Source: Geosiphon pyriformis uo1 (Eukaryota; Fungi; Glomeromycota). Taken from it: DNA of 64,000 nucleotides. The first letter of the stretch is position 1; each line of letters opens with the position of its first letter. The notes beneath the pieces are model-generated. The model did no database searches and was not told the origin of the DNA. It saw only the letters and a list, made by a program, of their open reading frames with translations. The stretch is taken from positions 1 to 64,000 of the forward strand of contig JAAOMT010000387.1 of the NCBI GenBank assembly GCA_016748015.1. The letters run 5' to 3'. Below are positions 13,638 through 27,647 of this stretch, piece after piece. A program made the position numbers and the translations under genes.

Positions 13638-15474
13638 AAGGTAGCTGCTTTTAATTTAATGTTATGTTTTATCATTACGTATAAGATAATTTTTTCAAAT
13701 ATAAGCGTGTTAGTGTAATAATCTGTTTTTTATTATAAATATTTTATATGTAAAAACTTGTAATATTCTCATAATATCAGTTTTTAATTTTTATATAATG
13801 TTTTTTAATTAAAAACTTAAATCATTTTGTAAAATTTTCAACTTATTTTTAATTAAACAGAGTTTTAGCTAAAATAAAAAATGAAAAATAAAAAAGTTAA
13901 GAATAAAGTAAATAAAAATGAATATTAAGTAAAAAAAAATAAAATATTTTAATATATTATAAGTTATATTTTAAATAGAAAAATATTATAATATTATAAT
14001 TTAAAAAATATATGATTACACAATTTAAAAATATCCCAATATTTTAAATTAAAAAATAACATAATTATTTAATTTAAATATTTAAAATATTTAAATAAAA
14101 AATATTTTAAAAAAATTCAATTAATAAGAGAAAATATAAGCTTTTATGTTATATTGCTGTTTTTAACACGATCTTAAAACTTCAAAAATTATAATCAAAT
14201 TTTTATTTGGTATTATATTTCTTTCAAAGAATTTTAAAAACAAACATATATTGTTTTTAATTTAAAAAACATTTTTAACTTTAAAATTCATTATTTTATT
14301 ATATATTTTATCAATATAATAGTTATGTAATAAATATCTTAAACATTTTTCAAATTATAAATTAAAATTTAAAACCAAATAAATATGAAATTCTTCTTAG
14401 TTTTTTTTTATTTAATTTAAAATTATATTAGTTAATCTTTGATTATTTTATATTTAATTATTAAATAATTATTTCAAACTCAAAGTTCCAAAATCTTTTA
14501 TATAAAGAAAAAAACTCATAAGAAAAATAACAGAATTTATTAATTTCAACAAAAATTATAATAAGAATGATTTGCTGTAATACTTCAAAGCCTTAAGACT
14601 TAAAAAGTCATAAATTTTGAATTGAGCCTTTAATTTTAACTAAATCACATTTTACGAATTTATTTTTCCATATTTCAGTATTTAAATATTAAAGACACTT
14701 GGTAAAAATTACATTATAGACTTCAATATATATACTCAATTTCTTTCTTTGCGTGAATTTTACTGATTTTTTCATTAAAACCAAAATATTTTTACTCAAT
14801 AAAGTAATTCTGAATGCATCAAATTTTATAATGGATTTAAAGTAATTATACATAATCTCAAGGGAAATATATACAAAGCTTAATTTTTGTAATTAGATTT
14901 TATCTAACATATTCAAATATCAACCAATATGTACAAAATTTTTGCCAAATGAAAAACAAAGATGATAATTTTGAAAATTTTAATTTAATATGAATATCAA
15001 GATAATATCGAGGTTTACCATTTTCTTAAAACAAAATCATGGGGCAGTTTCGAAATAACCCAATTAATTAAATTGGTTTTATCGACTCGCTGAAATCCAA
15101 GATTAAAGGAAACGATATTAAACTTGTTATCACTGAACCGGCTAGAGCTAACGAAGACCATCTGTAATCTTTAGAAAAAAGAACCATCTACAACCTTAGA
15201 ACTAGATTTTAGTTTATTAATGACCCATTGACAAAAACAAAAATCGTCAGCCTTTTTACGCCTTTGCATTCCAAAAGATCTTTAGCCGTTTAAGCAATGT
15301 ATGATATAAGCGTCTATTTTCAGAACTTTCTAGCGTTTCAGATTTCTTCAAGGCCTAGGCTTTTCGGGAATGTGATTATAGGTTGAAATCCTTATTTATT
15401 AGCAAGATGAAATCCTTCTTTACCCATCCAAAATATTGGAGGTTTAATAATTCATTTGTTTTGCTACAAAAATC

Positions 15475-17754
15475 ATGTCTTCAACTTCATCAATTGTAAA
15501 CGCAACTTCATCCCTCGAATGGCTTGAAGGAGCATTAATTGTCATCAAAGAAAATTTGACCATTTTTTCAGCCAATGAATATTCAAAAGTTGCTGACTTG
15601 GTGAAAAAATATGTTGAGCGCAGTCAGAAAAAACCTGAAGACTTATTCAATTGCTTAAATAATAAAAGTTCAAAGCGTTCGATAGACTATATCTTGCTCG
15701 GCTTTTCTTTAGAACATGGGATTGGAACTATTCCTAATTTAAGAAGAGCCTTTTTAGAATTTCAAAATGCAGCAAAGACAAAAGATTCTTTTGGACAATT
15801 CTTCTTAGGCTATTGTTATAATAATGGAATTGGTACTTCACAAAATCGAGAAAAAGCATTTGAACTTTATTCAAAAGCAGCAGAGGCGGGACATACAACG
15901 GCACAATACAGTCTTGCACTTTGCTATTCAAATGGAAGGGGAACAACGAAAAATGAGAAAAAAGCATTCGAACTTTATTCAAAAGCAGCAGAGGCAGGAC
16001 ATACAATGGCACAACTCAAACTTGGAACTTTTTATTTTAATGGAAAGGGAACGATAAAAAATGAGAAAAAAGCATTTGAGCTTTATTCAAAAGCAGCAGA
16101 GGCGGGACATACAACGGCACAATACAGTCTTGCACTTTGTTATTCAAATGGAAGGGGAACGACGAAAAATTCAGAAAAAGCATTTGAACTTTATTCAAAA
16201 GCAGCAGAGAAGGGATATTTAAATGCACAATTCAATCTTGCAAATTGTTATTTAAATGGATGGGGAACAAAGAAAAATGAGGAAAAAGCATTTGAACTTT
16301 ATTCAAAAGCAGCAGAGGCGGGAGATTTAAATGCACAATACAATCTTGCAGTTTGTTATGCTAATGGAGAAGGAACGACGAAAAATTTAGAAAAAGCATT
16401 TAAACTTCATTCAAAAGCAAAGGCGGGACATACAAATGCACAATTCAATCTTGCGAATTGTTATTTAAATGGATGGGGAACAACGAAAAATTCAGAAAAA
16501 GCATTTAAACTTTATTCAAAAGCAGCAGAGGCGGGACATACAAATGCACAATACAATCTCGCAGTTTGTTATCGAAATGGAGAAGGAACGACGAAAAATT
16601 CCGAAAAAGCATTCAAACTTTTCTCAAAAGCAGCAGAGGCCGGAAATTTAGATGCACAATTCAATCTTGCAAATTGTTATTTAAATGAATGGGGAACAAC
16701 GAAAAATTCAGAAAAAGCATTCAAACTTTTCTCAAAAGCTGCAGAGGCGGGACATACAACGGCACAAAACAATCTCGCAGTTTGTTATCGAAATGGAGAA
16801 GGAACGACGAAAAATGAGGAAAAAGCATTTGAACTTTATTCAAAAGCTGCAGAGGCCGGAGATTTAGATGCACAATACAATCTTGCAAATTGTTATTTAA
16901 ATGAATGGGGAACAACGAAAAATCCAGAAAAAGCATTCAAACTTTATTCAAAAGCTGCAGAGGCCGGAGATTTAGATGCACAATACAATCTTGCAGTTTG
17001 TTATTTATATGAATGTGGAACAACGAAAAATTCAGAAAAAGCATTCAAACTTTTCTCAAAAGCTGCAGAGGCGGGACATACAGGGGCACAATACAATCTC
17101 GCAGTTTGTTATCGAAATGGAGAAGGAACGACGAAAAATTTAGAAAAAGCATTTGAACTTTATTCAAAAGCTGCACAGGCCGGAAATTTAGATGCACAAT
17201 TCAATCTTGCAAACTGCTATTTATTTGAATGGGGAACAACGAAAAATTCAGAAAAAGCATTCAAACTTTTCTCAAAAGCTGCAGAGGTGGGACATACAGG
17301 GGCACAAAACAATCTCGCACTTTGTTATTCAAATGGAGAAGGAACGATGAAAAATTCAGAAAAAGCATTCAAACTTTTCTCAAAAGCTGCAGAGGCGGGA
17401 CATACAGCGGCACAATACAATCTCGCAGCTTGTTATCGAAATGGAGAAGGAACAACGAAAAATTCAGAAAAAGCAGTTAAACTTTATTCAAAAGCAGCAG
17501 AGGCGGGAGATTTAAATGCACAATTCGATCTTGCAGTTTGTTATGCTATTGGAGAAGGAACGACGAAAAATTTAGAAAATGCATTTAAACTATATTCAAA
17601 AGCAGCAGAGGCGGGACATACGACGGCACAATATATCCTTTCACTTTATTATCGAAATGATTTGGAAGCAACGGAAGATCTACAAGTAGGAAATCGAAAT
17701 ATACGGGAAACTGCGAAAAATCTAGAAAAAACATTTGAAGGATTGAATAAATAA
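15475..17754 (+). CDS. SEL1-like repeat (SLR) protein, 759 aa, ~18 tandem 36-aa repeats
   Basis: Uninterrupted ORF with ATG in context aaaatcATG. Repeat consensus AQ(Y/F)NLAxCYxNGxGTTKNxEKAFxLYSKAAEAG is the canonical Sel1 pattern. CpGs are retained, and no signal peptide or kinase domain is evident. Confidence 0.93.
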   Translation: MSSTSSIVNATSSLEWLEGALIVIKENLTIFSANEYSKVADLVKKYVERSQKKPEDLFNCLNNKSSKRSIDYILLGFSLEHGIGTIPNLRRAFLEFQNAAKTKDSFGQFFLGYCYNNGIGTSQNREKAFELYSKAAEAGHTTAQYSLALCYSNGRGTTKNEKKAFELYSKAAEAGHTMAQLKLGTFYFNGKGTIKNEKKAFELYSKAAEAGHTTAQYSLALCYSNGRGTTKNSEKAFELYSKAAEKGYLNAQFNLANCYLNGWGTKKNEEKAFELYSKAAEAGDLNAQYNLAVCYANGEGTTKNLEKAFKLHSKAKAGHTNAQFNLANCYLNGWGTTKNSEKAFKLYSKAAEAGHTNAQYNLAVCYRNGEGTTKNSEKAFKLFSKAAEAGNLDAQFNLANCYLNEWGTTKNSEKAFKLFSKAAEAGHTTAQNNLAVCYRNGEGTTKNEEKAFELYSKAAEAGDLDAQYNLANCYLNEWGTTKNPEKAFKLYSKAAEAGDLDAQYNLAVCYLYECGTTKNSEKAFKLFSKAAEAGHTGAQYNLAVCYRNGEGTTKNLEKAFELYSKAAQAGNLDAQFNLANCYLFEWGTTKNSEKAFKLFSKAAEVGHTGAQNNLALCYSNGEGTMKNSEKAFKLFSKAAEAGHTAAQYNLAACYRNGEGTTKNSEKAVKLYSKAAEAGDLNAQFDLAVCYAIGEGTTKNLENAFKLYSKAAEAGHTTAQYILSLYYRNDLEATEDLQVGNRNIRETAKNLEKTFEGLNK

Positions 17755-20700
17755 GTTACTAAATACACAAATTCCAAATCAGATCAAAAGACAAAGATTG
17801 AATTTGGTACATGTGATTTGAAGTAAAGTAGTTTATTATAGAACGAGAATTTAATTCAATTGGTTAATACAATTGATATGAGAGGTGATTTTATAGCGTG
17901 TTTTTGGTGGAATATGGTATAAAGATTGAAGCAAAAAAGATACTTGACGCCATATTCTCTATTCCCAACTTGCTATTTGTTATTATATTTGGTTAACGAT
18001 GAAAAAGCAATAAATCATTACAATAAAAACCCCAGTGTCTACCATATTAACAATAGAGAATTGCAATGCTGAAAAAGATGGATTAAGTAGTTTAGCACAT
18101 TTTTGGCTTATTTAGAAATTACATTTGGAAATTCACCATATTGACATTCTTTTTTATAAAGAGTAGCTCAGTTAAAAACTTTGTTAGGCAAAGTATTACA
18201 TGAATTTTTTAATTTTTTTTCCCATATAATTCTGCTACAAATTTTAGTTTGAAAAATTTAATTTTATTATAAAAAAAACGAATTTGAATGATTTATAATT
18301 TGTTCAATTATATATATTACTATTCTTTTTGTTATTTTTCCGATAATAAATTATTTTTAAAAGAAAAAATTGAAAAATATAAATATATGATATAAAAATC
18401 TAGTTAAAAATATGATAAATTTTCTGGTTATTTAAAATATAAAATAATTTTTGTAAAAAAATAACAAATAAATTAATATTAAAACGAATTGAATTAATAT
18501 ATTTTATTTTATTTTTTACAAAAATTATTTTCAAGAACTGATTATGAAAAATATTAAATCTTTTATTAATTATAAAAATTCAAGTTGATAATTGTTTGTT
18601 TTATTTTACATGAATTAAACAAAAAAATCTTGGAAAGTTACATTTTTAAATTTAATAACAAATTCAAGTAGCTAAATAATTTTTTAATTTGTATTTAATC
18701 ATTTAAAAAAACATATTAGCTTTGATTAAAAATGTTTTTTTTTTTAAAAAAATACTTCTAAAAAGAATATTATAAATTTAAAAAAGATTTCTTTTGAAGT
18801 ATCTTTAAAACTTTATTTCGTTGCATTCTATTTATTACAAAGTTCTTGAATAAACGTTTAAGACTATGCTATATTATTTAGGTTATTACAGCTTTTAATG
18901 TAAAGAATTATTCTAAATTAGCTACTTGTTTTAAATCTTATTTTTATTTTAATCATATCAATCTTCGAGTTATCCAACTTTAAATTAAATAATAAATATA
19001 AAAATGAAAAAACTTTAAGAACTTTCTGATTTTTATCATCATCTTTTCAACTGCTATTAACAAACTAATTTATTATTTCAAAATAATTTTCTCAAATAAT
19101 AGATTGAACACAATGTTTTTCAAGAATTATGAGACAATTATAATATTTTAAAAAATGTTAGAAAAAGAGTGAAACTAGATTTCAAAACTTTAACATATGC
19201 AATCTCAAATTTTTATACTTACCACATATAATTATCCATAATTAATTAAAAAATCTTTGAAATTATGACAAAAAATATCAAGAGAAATTCTAAAATTCTC
19301 GACTTCTGATAATTTTTTTTAGTATTAGTTTTGCTCTACAATTATTTATGTTAATATGAATTTCTATTTGATTTTATTATTATTATTGAGAAATAATCTT
19401 TTTTTTATAGATTTATATAAATATTTACTCCAAAACAACCAATTATATATTAGTTTATTGTAATAATATGTCTTTTTTTATTAAACCAATTATTATGTTT
19501 TTTTAATATTTAAGATAAAACAAAATATATATATTGGTTTTTTTATTATAAATAATTTTAATATTTAAAATTGAATGTTTATTTTTAAAACTTTTGTAGT
19601 TGTTAATCAGATTTGTGATTATTTTGTTATTTACTTTGTTATTTTTTGGTTTTTATGTCTAAGATTAAATTAATTATTAAATAATTGCTTTTATAAATAA
19701 AATATATATTTATAAAATAACAAATAACTTTGCTTTTAAATTGTAATTGTTTGTTATAGTTGTTTTCATAAACAGAATTAAAAATAATATTAAACAAATT
19801 ATTTAAGTTTTTGTGTTTTAATGTTTTAATAAATAGATTTAAATTATTTTTTTTATGATTTTATTAAAAATATTAATAGGTATTTTTTTATTTAAAACTA
19901 TATTATTATAATATATTTAAAATTTTTACTTTTTTTTATTTAATATAATTTAATTATTGTTTTATTACTATTTTTTGTTTTATATTCAATATTATGTAAA
20001 TTTTAAATTTTTTTTAATTATAAAAAAAAATTTGTTCTATTTTTTTTTTTTTTATTAGCTTAACGAGTAAGGTCCAAATACTACCTAGTGCTATACATCA
20101 AAGATATGATCTAAATTAGGCATGAATCATGTATTTTTCATACGTGACCAGCCACTTGGGTCAATTAAAACAACACTATACCACTATGTGAATTAAAACT
20201 GAGTCACTTATGCCAAAGAAAAATAAACAAGATTTGCAAAAACCAAAATGAACACCAAAAGCATTGACAATGCCAAGCAATTTAACTATTCCAGCCAACA
20301 ACCCTAAAGCCAAACCAGAAACTGAAACAAAAACTGAACTATTAAGAGGAATCAACCCATTCTTCTCCATGTAAGCATAATGTTTGGCATGAACCAATCA
20401 GACATCACTTCTAAAAGCAAGACTAAGAGAGTGCACAAATTTGACAATCTCCAAACCAGCAATTTTGGGATCATGAAAAACAGTGACCATCTTGCAAAAC
20501 CAATTATTAAAAATAAAACTCTTATAGAGCACTGTGGATAAGAAGGAGTCAGAAGAACATGAAAACAACAATTGAAGTATGCCCAAAGAAGAATGAGAAA
20601 AACCAGAAACCATCTTTCAGGAGTTCACATGGGATTCCAACAACTGATATCAAACAGAATTATCAATCTTACAAGAGAATACATGATCCAAAGTTTCCAC

Positions 20701-20950
20701 ATTGCCACAATATAAGCACAATACACTAGGATATAATCTATTATAAAAGCGTTTCTGAATGGCAACTGGCAGCTGATGGTACAAAGCCTTCATGAAATAA
20801 GTGCATGTATTAGCTGAAAGTCTGCTGGTAAAACTGGCAGCCATGTGCAAGTCAGAGTGCCAAACCAAAGATGAATGGAGCCAGTCAACTTCAGAAAGCA
20901 AACCATCTGCCAAAAATCTGGAACCAGAACCAACCTTGCAGTGTACATAA

Positions 20951-21731
20951 TATTACAGATAATTATTTGGGGTCTTAAAGCAAATAACAAATCTGTAACT
21001 TGGTGCTTAATTGGTACTCTGGCGTAGATATCTGAAGGTTTTATTGATCTGAAGGTTTGTTGTAAAGTCTTTTGTATAATGGACAGAGATTTAACAATTG
21101 TTTTCAGTAGCCTCTCAGAATTGCAATTCTATCAAATTTTTTTCTCAGCATGGTGGCCAGTAATTCTCCTGGTAAGCTATTCTCAAATCTATAAGTGTTC
21201 TACTCTTGTTTTATGGGTCTTTTACCAGTTCCTATAACATCTGTATCTTAGCACTTAATTCTTAATCAATTTAATAAAACAAAAAAATAAAAAAAAATAA
21301 AAAAAATTTAAACAAAAGCAATTGCAAGTTAGTATCCCATCAATAGCTGTGATTAAGAGCTATTGTTTCAGTATGATTAAGTATCAATTACTATCAACAT
21401 GAAGTGTTAATAGTGAGAGTAAATTTAAGATAGAAAATAATTATTTATTGATATTTGTGGATGGGAAGATTGTTTAAATAAAATCTAAACTGAGAGATCT
21501 GTCTTTTCTACTTCTAATGCTATCACTATATATACATAATTTGGGTTCTACAAGATTGCTTACATTCTCAAGTGATGTGCTATAATTTCTCAAGCAATGC
21601 TCACATTGCTGAATAATGTGCTATATTTTCTTGATATTGCTCCATATTGCTAAACAATATGCTTATATGCTAACTACTATTTTCTTATTGGCCTACTATT
21701 TTTCTATATCTGTTTTTTTTTATGAGTAACA
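20951..21731 (-). repeat. 3' LTR of Gypsy B
   Basis: tattaca...gagtaaca; aligns with 40606-41346. Confidence 0.93.
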
Positions 21732-21750
21732 TTATCTCCTCCTTTTAATA

Positions 21751-22379
21751 TTAAGCTTCATTGAAATCTTTGTTTTGAATTAATTCTAGTACTTCTTTTT
21801 CAAGTATTGTTTGTTTAACTCTGTTTCTTATGTCTTCTATTTGTGTATTGTTCATTCTTCCTCATTGGTTAATGGTTATTGTTTCTATGTCAAAGTGTAG
21901 TAGTATTTCTGGATAGTTTCAAAATATGTTGTGTAGTTGGTACATTGTTTTAGCATGTAGTGTTGAATTCACTTTCTTTCCAATAAATTCTTTAATTTGT
22001 TGTATTATGTCTTGGTTAAATATTCTCTTGGATTTGTCGATATACAACTTCTGAATATTTCACTTTTGACCTAACTGGTAGTAGCAATATGATATTAGAA
22101 GTCATTCTATCTATTGCTTCTAATTTTTTTTTGTAAGCTCTTCTGTTGGTGCCATAATAGGTATTTTCCCAAAAGTGTTCTTCACTTTTTCTATTAAGTT
22201 ATCTGTCCAGTTTTTATCATTCTTTGGTGGTCACTGATATGATGTATTCTTTGTTTTTTTTGGGTGTTTCAATAGCAAATTATTTGGTTGTTAATAACAA
22301 TTTCCATGTCTAACTGTTGTTGATTTAAGGCCTAGAACAATTGTTGAGCTATTGTGTGAATATGATCTGGTATTTCCAT
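21751..22379 (-). pseudogene. Gypsy B ORF3 (unknown function)
   Basis: MEIPDHIHTIAQQLF...ISYCYYQL...DFNEA*; homologous to 47417-48046 and 36762-37427. Confidence 0.7.
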
Positions 22380-22430
22380 TTTTCTTGGTTGTTTTTGTCA
22401 TGTGTACTGTGTCTTTATACTTTTGGTTGT

Positions 22431-23803
22431 TCAATTTGATGTGTTTGGTTCAATAACTATGATTGGTTCTAGATCTCATGGAATCTCATCTGGTTGAACT
22501 AGTATTCTTTATACTCCTAGCTGTGGAATGTTATTGGTGAATGATGATGCTATCTGGTAATATGGTTTCAGTTGATTACTATGTGCTGCTTTGGCTAAGA
22601 TTTTGTTGTCCCATCTTAATTTATAAGCTCCATTTCCTAAAATTTCTTTTATGTGAAATGGTTTGTCCTATTTGGGGTCAAATTTTTCATTTCATTGTTT
22701 TTCTGCTTTGGTATGATGTAATAGTACTTTGCCTTCAATCTTGAATTCAACTGGTTTATCTGATAGTTGGTTATTGTGTTGTTTTTTTTGCTTTTCTTGT
22801 GACTTTTGGATGTTATTAGCTGCTTTTTATCATCTGTTTTCTAGTGTTTCTATTAAGTCATATGTTTTTTTCAACAATGTTTCTTGGAAATTATCTTCTG
22901 TTATTGGTTCAGTTGGATATGTATTGATTTCTATCTCAACTGGTAATGTTGCTGTTCTACCATATACCAATTCAAATGGTGTTGTTTGTGTGGTATCTTG
23001 CTTCATTGTCCGATAAGCAAATAATACTGATAATATAAACAAATTCCATTTATCTTGGTTTTCTTGGCTAATTTTGGCTATTGTTTTACACAGTGTTCTG
23101 TTGAATCTTTCAACTAATTCATTTGTTTGTGGATAGTATGGTAATAATAGTGGTCTTTTTATTTCAAATCTTTGGCTTAATTCTGCTAATGTTTTATTTA
23201 CAAAGTAAGTTTCTTAATCCGATAATAATTCTTTTAAACATCCATGTGGACAGATCAGATCTTGATGAATGAATTCAGCAATGAATTCTGCATCTGCTCT
23301 TTGAATGGCTTTTGCTTCTGGCCATTTAGTGAAATAGTCTATGGCTACTACAATATATCTGTTGCCTCTGCTGGTGATTGTTAATAGTCCAACTAAGTCA
23401 ATTCCAATATGATCAAATAGTTGTTCCACTTTGATTGGTCTCAATGGTTTACTGAGTTTTGTTCCTCTTTTTCTCTGACAAGCATCACAATTTTAAACAT
23501 ATTGGATGATATCTGAATATATTAATAGCCAATAATATCTTTTTTTAGTTTTTTCCATAGTTGTTTCTTTATGAAAATGTCCTGCTGTTGGATCTGAGTG
23601 CATATTAAACAATATTGTCTCTTTTTCTGGTTCTGTAATTACTCTTGTTGGCTGGTCTGGAGTTCTTCTGTTTTTCTAGTAAAGTATATTTTGATGATTG
23701 ATAAAATATTTTGATTGTTGTTTTGTTTTTTTTGAGATAATTTCTCCTTAAACAATTGGGTATTTATATAATGTTGAAGTTGTTGGTATTTTTGTATATT
23801 CAT
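22431..23803 (-). pseudogene. Gypsy B integrase ORF
   Basis: Has its own ATG (MNIQKYQQL); HHCC zinc finger; IGIDLVG, DYFTKWPEA, LLSD, TPFELVYGR. Confidence 0.85.
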
Positions 23804-23833
23804 CTTTTGTTATATTTTTGGGTTGAAGTGTTT

Positions 23834-26800
23834 TTAGATTTGTCTCATTTATGACAAACCATCAGCATTTCTATTGTCTTTTTCTTTTTTATAATGTACT
23901 GTATAATTGAATAGTGAAAGTTCTTTTTTCCATCTGACATGGCAGTCATCTCCAAATTCTTGCTTCTGAATTGAAGTCAATTCTTTGTAATCCATGTATA
24001 TTTCAAACTTTTGGCTCAAGTATTTTTTCTATTTCATGACTGCCCAATAGATTGCTAAGTGTTCTAATGCTGGTGTTCCATAGTTCTTTTCAGCTGGACT
24101 TAAGCTTCTACTGGCATAAGTTACTGGATGTTCTCTTCCATCTGGTTCTTTCTGTGACAGTACTGCTCCCAATGCCTAGCCTGATGCATCGGTAGTGATA
24201 ATGAATGGTTTGTTGTAATCTGGATACATCAATACTGGAGCTTGAATAAGTTTTCTTCTTAGTGTGTTGAATGCTTTTTGTTGAGCTTCTGTTTATTCAT
24301 ACTTCACATTCTTAGTTTGTAAATAATGGAGTGGCTGGGCCAGTTTAGAAAAGTCTTTAATAAAGTGGCAATAGTACCCTGTAAATCCCAAGAATGCTCT
24401 TAGCTCTGTGAGATTGTTTGGTACTGGAAATTTCTTGACAGCTTTAATCTTGTTTGGATCTGTTTTGATGCCATCTTTATTCACAACATGTCCCAAAAAT
24501 TTTAGTTCTGTTTTTCCAAAGAAGTATTTGTTGGCATTTAGTTTCAATCCTGCTTATCTGAGTCTTTTAAATACTTGTTGGAGATGGTACAGATGATTAT
24601 CGAATGTTTTTGAGAACATATTTGTGTTATTTAAGTAAACAACTACTGATTTTCACAGTAATCCAGTATAAACAATTTTCATGAGCTGTTGAAATGTTGT
24701 TGGGACATTCATCAAGCCAAATGGCATGACTTCAAATTCAAAATTTCTTTCTCTTGTGGTAAATGCTGTTTTCTCTTTGTCAGCTGGATCCATGGCTATT
24801 TGTCAGTAACCACTATTTAAATCTAGTGTTGAGAACCATTTATTTCCTTTAAAAGCATCAAATAGTTCTTGAATCTTTGAAGTTGAATAGCTGTCTCCTT
24901 TGGTTACTCCATTCAGTTTTTAGTAATCTATACAAAAGCAGATTTTCCCATTTTTTTTCCAGACTAGTACCATTAGTGATGACCATAGACTCATTGATGA
25001 CTAAATTAGCCTATTGTCAAGCATCTGATTGATTTCTTGATAAATGATCTCATGACTAGCTGGTGATACTCTATATGCTCTTTGTTTTATTGACATTGCA
25101 TCTCCAATCTTAATCTGGTGCTGGATTATGTTAGTCCTGCCAAATTTATTTTCACTGACAAAAATGTCGTTGAAGTTATTAAATAACATCTTGAGTTGCA
25201 TCCATTGAAGTGGGTCTAAGTTTTCTAAATTTATCTGTTCCAGTTGTTTTGATTAAAGCAAATAACATTTATTTTGTTCATAAATGATTTGTGATGTAAT
25301 ATCCATGTATTCACAAAACTGTGGAAAATCTGGAATGTGGTTTGGTAGTTGATCCTCAACTTTAGTGGTTAAGTATCTAATAATGGTTTTTTTTGGTATA
25401 TCAATGACATTTCCAGTTGTGTTGTAGATGAGAATTTTGATGTTTTTGGGGCTTTTGGCTGATATGTACAGATTAGTGAGTCCAATCTCTCCTGATTCAC
25501 AAATGGTGGCTTCTGCTTCAAACAACTGAGCTGATTTTTTACTTCTCTTTTTATGGCTAACATATACTGATTATATGGTGGAATGAAAATTGATTAACAG
25601 GTTGAGATAATTTCTCCTTTGTCAATAATCTTTTCCTCTGCCATATTAACTAATATATCTATTCTACCTGTTAATCTGAATCCCTGTATCCCTTTAGCTG
25701 TAATCTTTAACTTTTTCTTGTTTTCTACTAACACTAACTGAGCTACTTTTACCAAAGGCAGAAATATTGTCTGTGCTATTTTTTTATTTGACTCTATGGT
25801 ATAGGCTTTTTCTGTGTCAATTATTTCTTCTCTGATATTGATTCTCTTTTTTGCTAAACTACTCCTAGATGCTAATTGAACCATGATGGTCACTAGAATT
25901 TCCAGTGCTATTTTAAGATTAATACAGATGTGCAAATGTGGTTCTAATTTAATGAGATCTTTTTTTGGATATCTCAGATCAAACTTTACATTAGTATCAT
26001 ACACGCATTCAGACATGATATCTTCATTATTATCACTGAATTATTTCAGTTCTTGTTCATTAGTGAGATCAGAAAGTGTGATGTATGTTTCGGGGTTTGA
26101 ATCAAAGTCCAAATTGTTGTTATCTTTGTTGCCATATTGAGTGGAGCTGGACTTATTATTTTTGTTATCATTGTTGTCAGAGTTTGAATTAGGATTGAAA
26201 GTTGATTCTGATTCTAATGTGCAGTTGCTGATTGGTTCTTCCTCTGGAATTGTGTAGATCATGCATGGTGGTGGATTGTAAATGAGATCACACTTATTAC
26301 AATATTAAAAGTCACATAAGATCAAACAATGATCACATAGTTGGGTGTTTATTTGGGCTAAATGCTGTTTTTGTTTCTCTCTTGTTGGTGCCAAATTTTG
26401 GTAATGGTCATGAAATTCTTCTAGGCCTGTTTTCAGATCCAGGAAAGCATCTGGGTTGGGAATCAGAACAATGTTGACTGGCTCTGAAGGATTGTTCTTG
26501 ATTTCCAATATTTTATTAGGCGTGGCACCTTCTACTTTGGCATTTGCCATCTGCCAGATCTCGTCTTCATCATGTGGGTAACCATTTAAGTAAGATATTG
26601 CACGGTGCCAAGCAGCAGTTATTGGCATATCACAACTCATCCAATCACTGATGAGGATTGTGTATTGGCATGAAGTGTCACATGTTTTTCCTCATCCAGG
26701 AATGTTGTTCCATATTCCTTCGTCCAGTAGTTGTTTACCACAAACAAAACATGGTTCATTGTCCCATTTGCCTTGTCTTTTTGGGTAGCCATAGTGTTCA

Positions 26801-27647
26801 CAGTGGCAAGGCTTACAATAATAATAGGTTCATGTTCAGTAATTTTTGTTTGGCATGACCCAAGCTCTCATAGAAAAAAGTTTCTTCTCACAATTCTTGT
26901 ATTTGAGAGGTATATATGGTGGTTCTTTTATTGGTTCCTGTGAGTATTCTCTTTTCCAGCCACTAGTTATTTCTTCTGTAGTGGTGGTTCCTCTAATTAT
27001 ATTTTTTTCCTTCCTTTTCCCTTTTTTTTTGTTGATTTTTTCCCATTTCCAGGTTGGTAGTTTGTTTGAGTTGTTGTTGGTTTTCCAGTCTTGGTTATTG
27101 TTCCAGGTAAGTTCTTTCTTTTGTTTTTCTTTTCCATTATCATCCCAGGAAAATATTGGGAGTAACTTATTGTAATCTTCTTTAGCCCATGATACTTAAT
27201 AGGCTTCTCAGGTAGGTTTCTTTTCTTCTTCCTTAAACTTAATAAGTAGTATTGTCGAGTTAGTGGTTTTGAAATGGCCACATGTGGCTGATACATGTGT
27301 GTATTGGCCATTCTGGCTAATTTAAAGCTCCTGTGTATTCCAATCAAGCAACACATTGGTTTTGGACAGCCAATTATTACCAATGAGTGTTTGGTATTGG
27401 GTGGCTTTTATAACCAGTACTTTAATTGAGACCATAATACTGTTGATTTTGATAGGGAAGTTATCAATTTTACCAATAAGAGTTTTGATTGCTCCATTGA
27501 CAGTTATGATTCTGGTGCTGGCAGTACAATCAACTCGGTGACCTAATTGGTCCATGAGTTGTCTTGTAATAATGCTGCCAGCTGATCCACTGTCTAGAAT
27601 CAGCTTGATGGGGTGGCCATCAACTTTGGCATCAGTATACATGATGG
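23834..27647 (-). pseudogene. Gypsy B PR, Cys-rich module, dUTPase, RT, RNase H (gag continues at 38219-40544)
   Basis: LILDSGSAGS; CDHCLILCDF; FDLRYP...LASRSSLAK...IAQ...GIQGF; FGKTELKFLGHVV; TTDASG. Confidence 0.88.

Noticed and set aside
15790-17680. CRISPR-like array
   Set aside because: The units are in-frame 108-bp coding repeats with no unique spacers, in a eukaryotic context with no cas genes.
22541-23016. Short hydrophobic ORFs antisense to TE genes (here, at 48210-48676, 5455-7247 and elsewhere)
   Set aside because: These are shadow frames of A-rich TE coding strands with no independent support.
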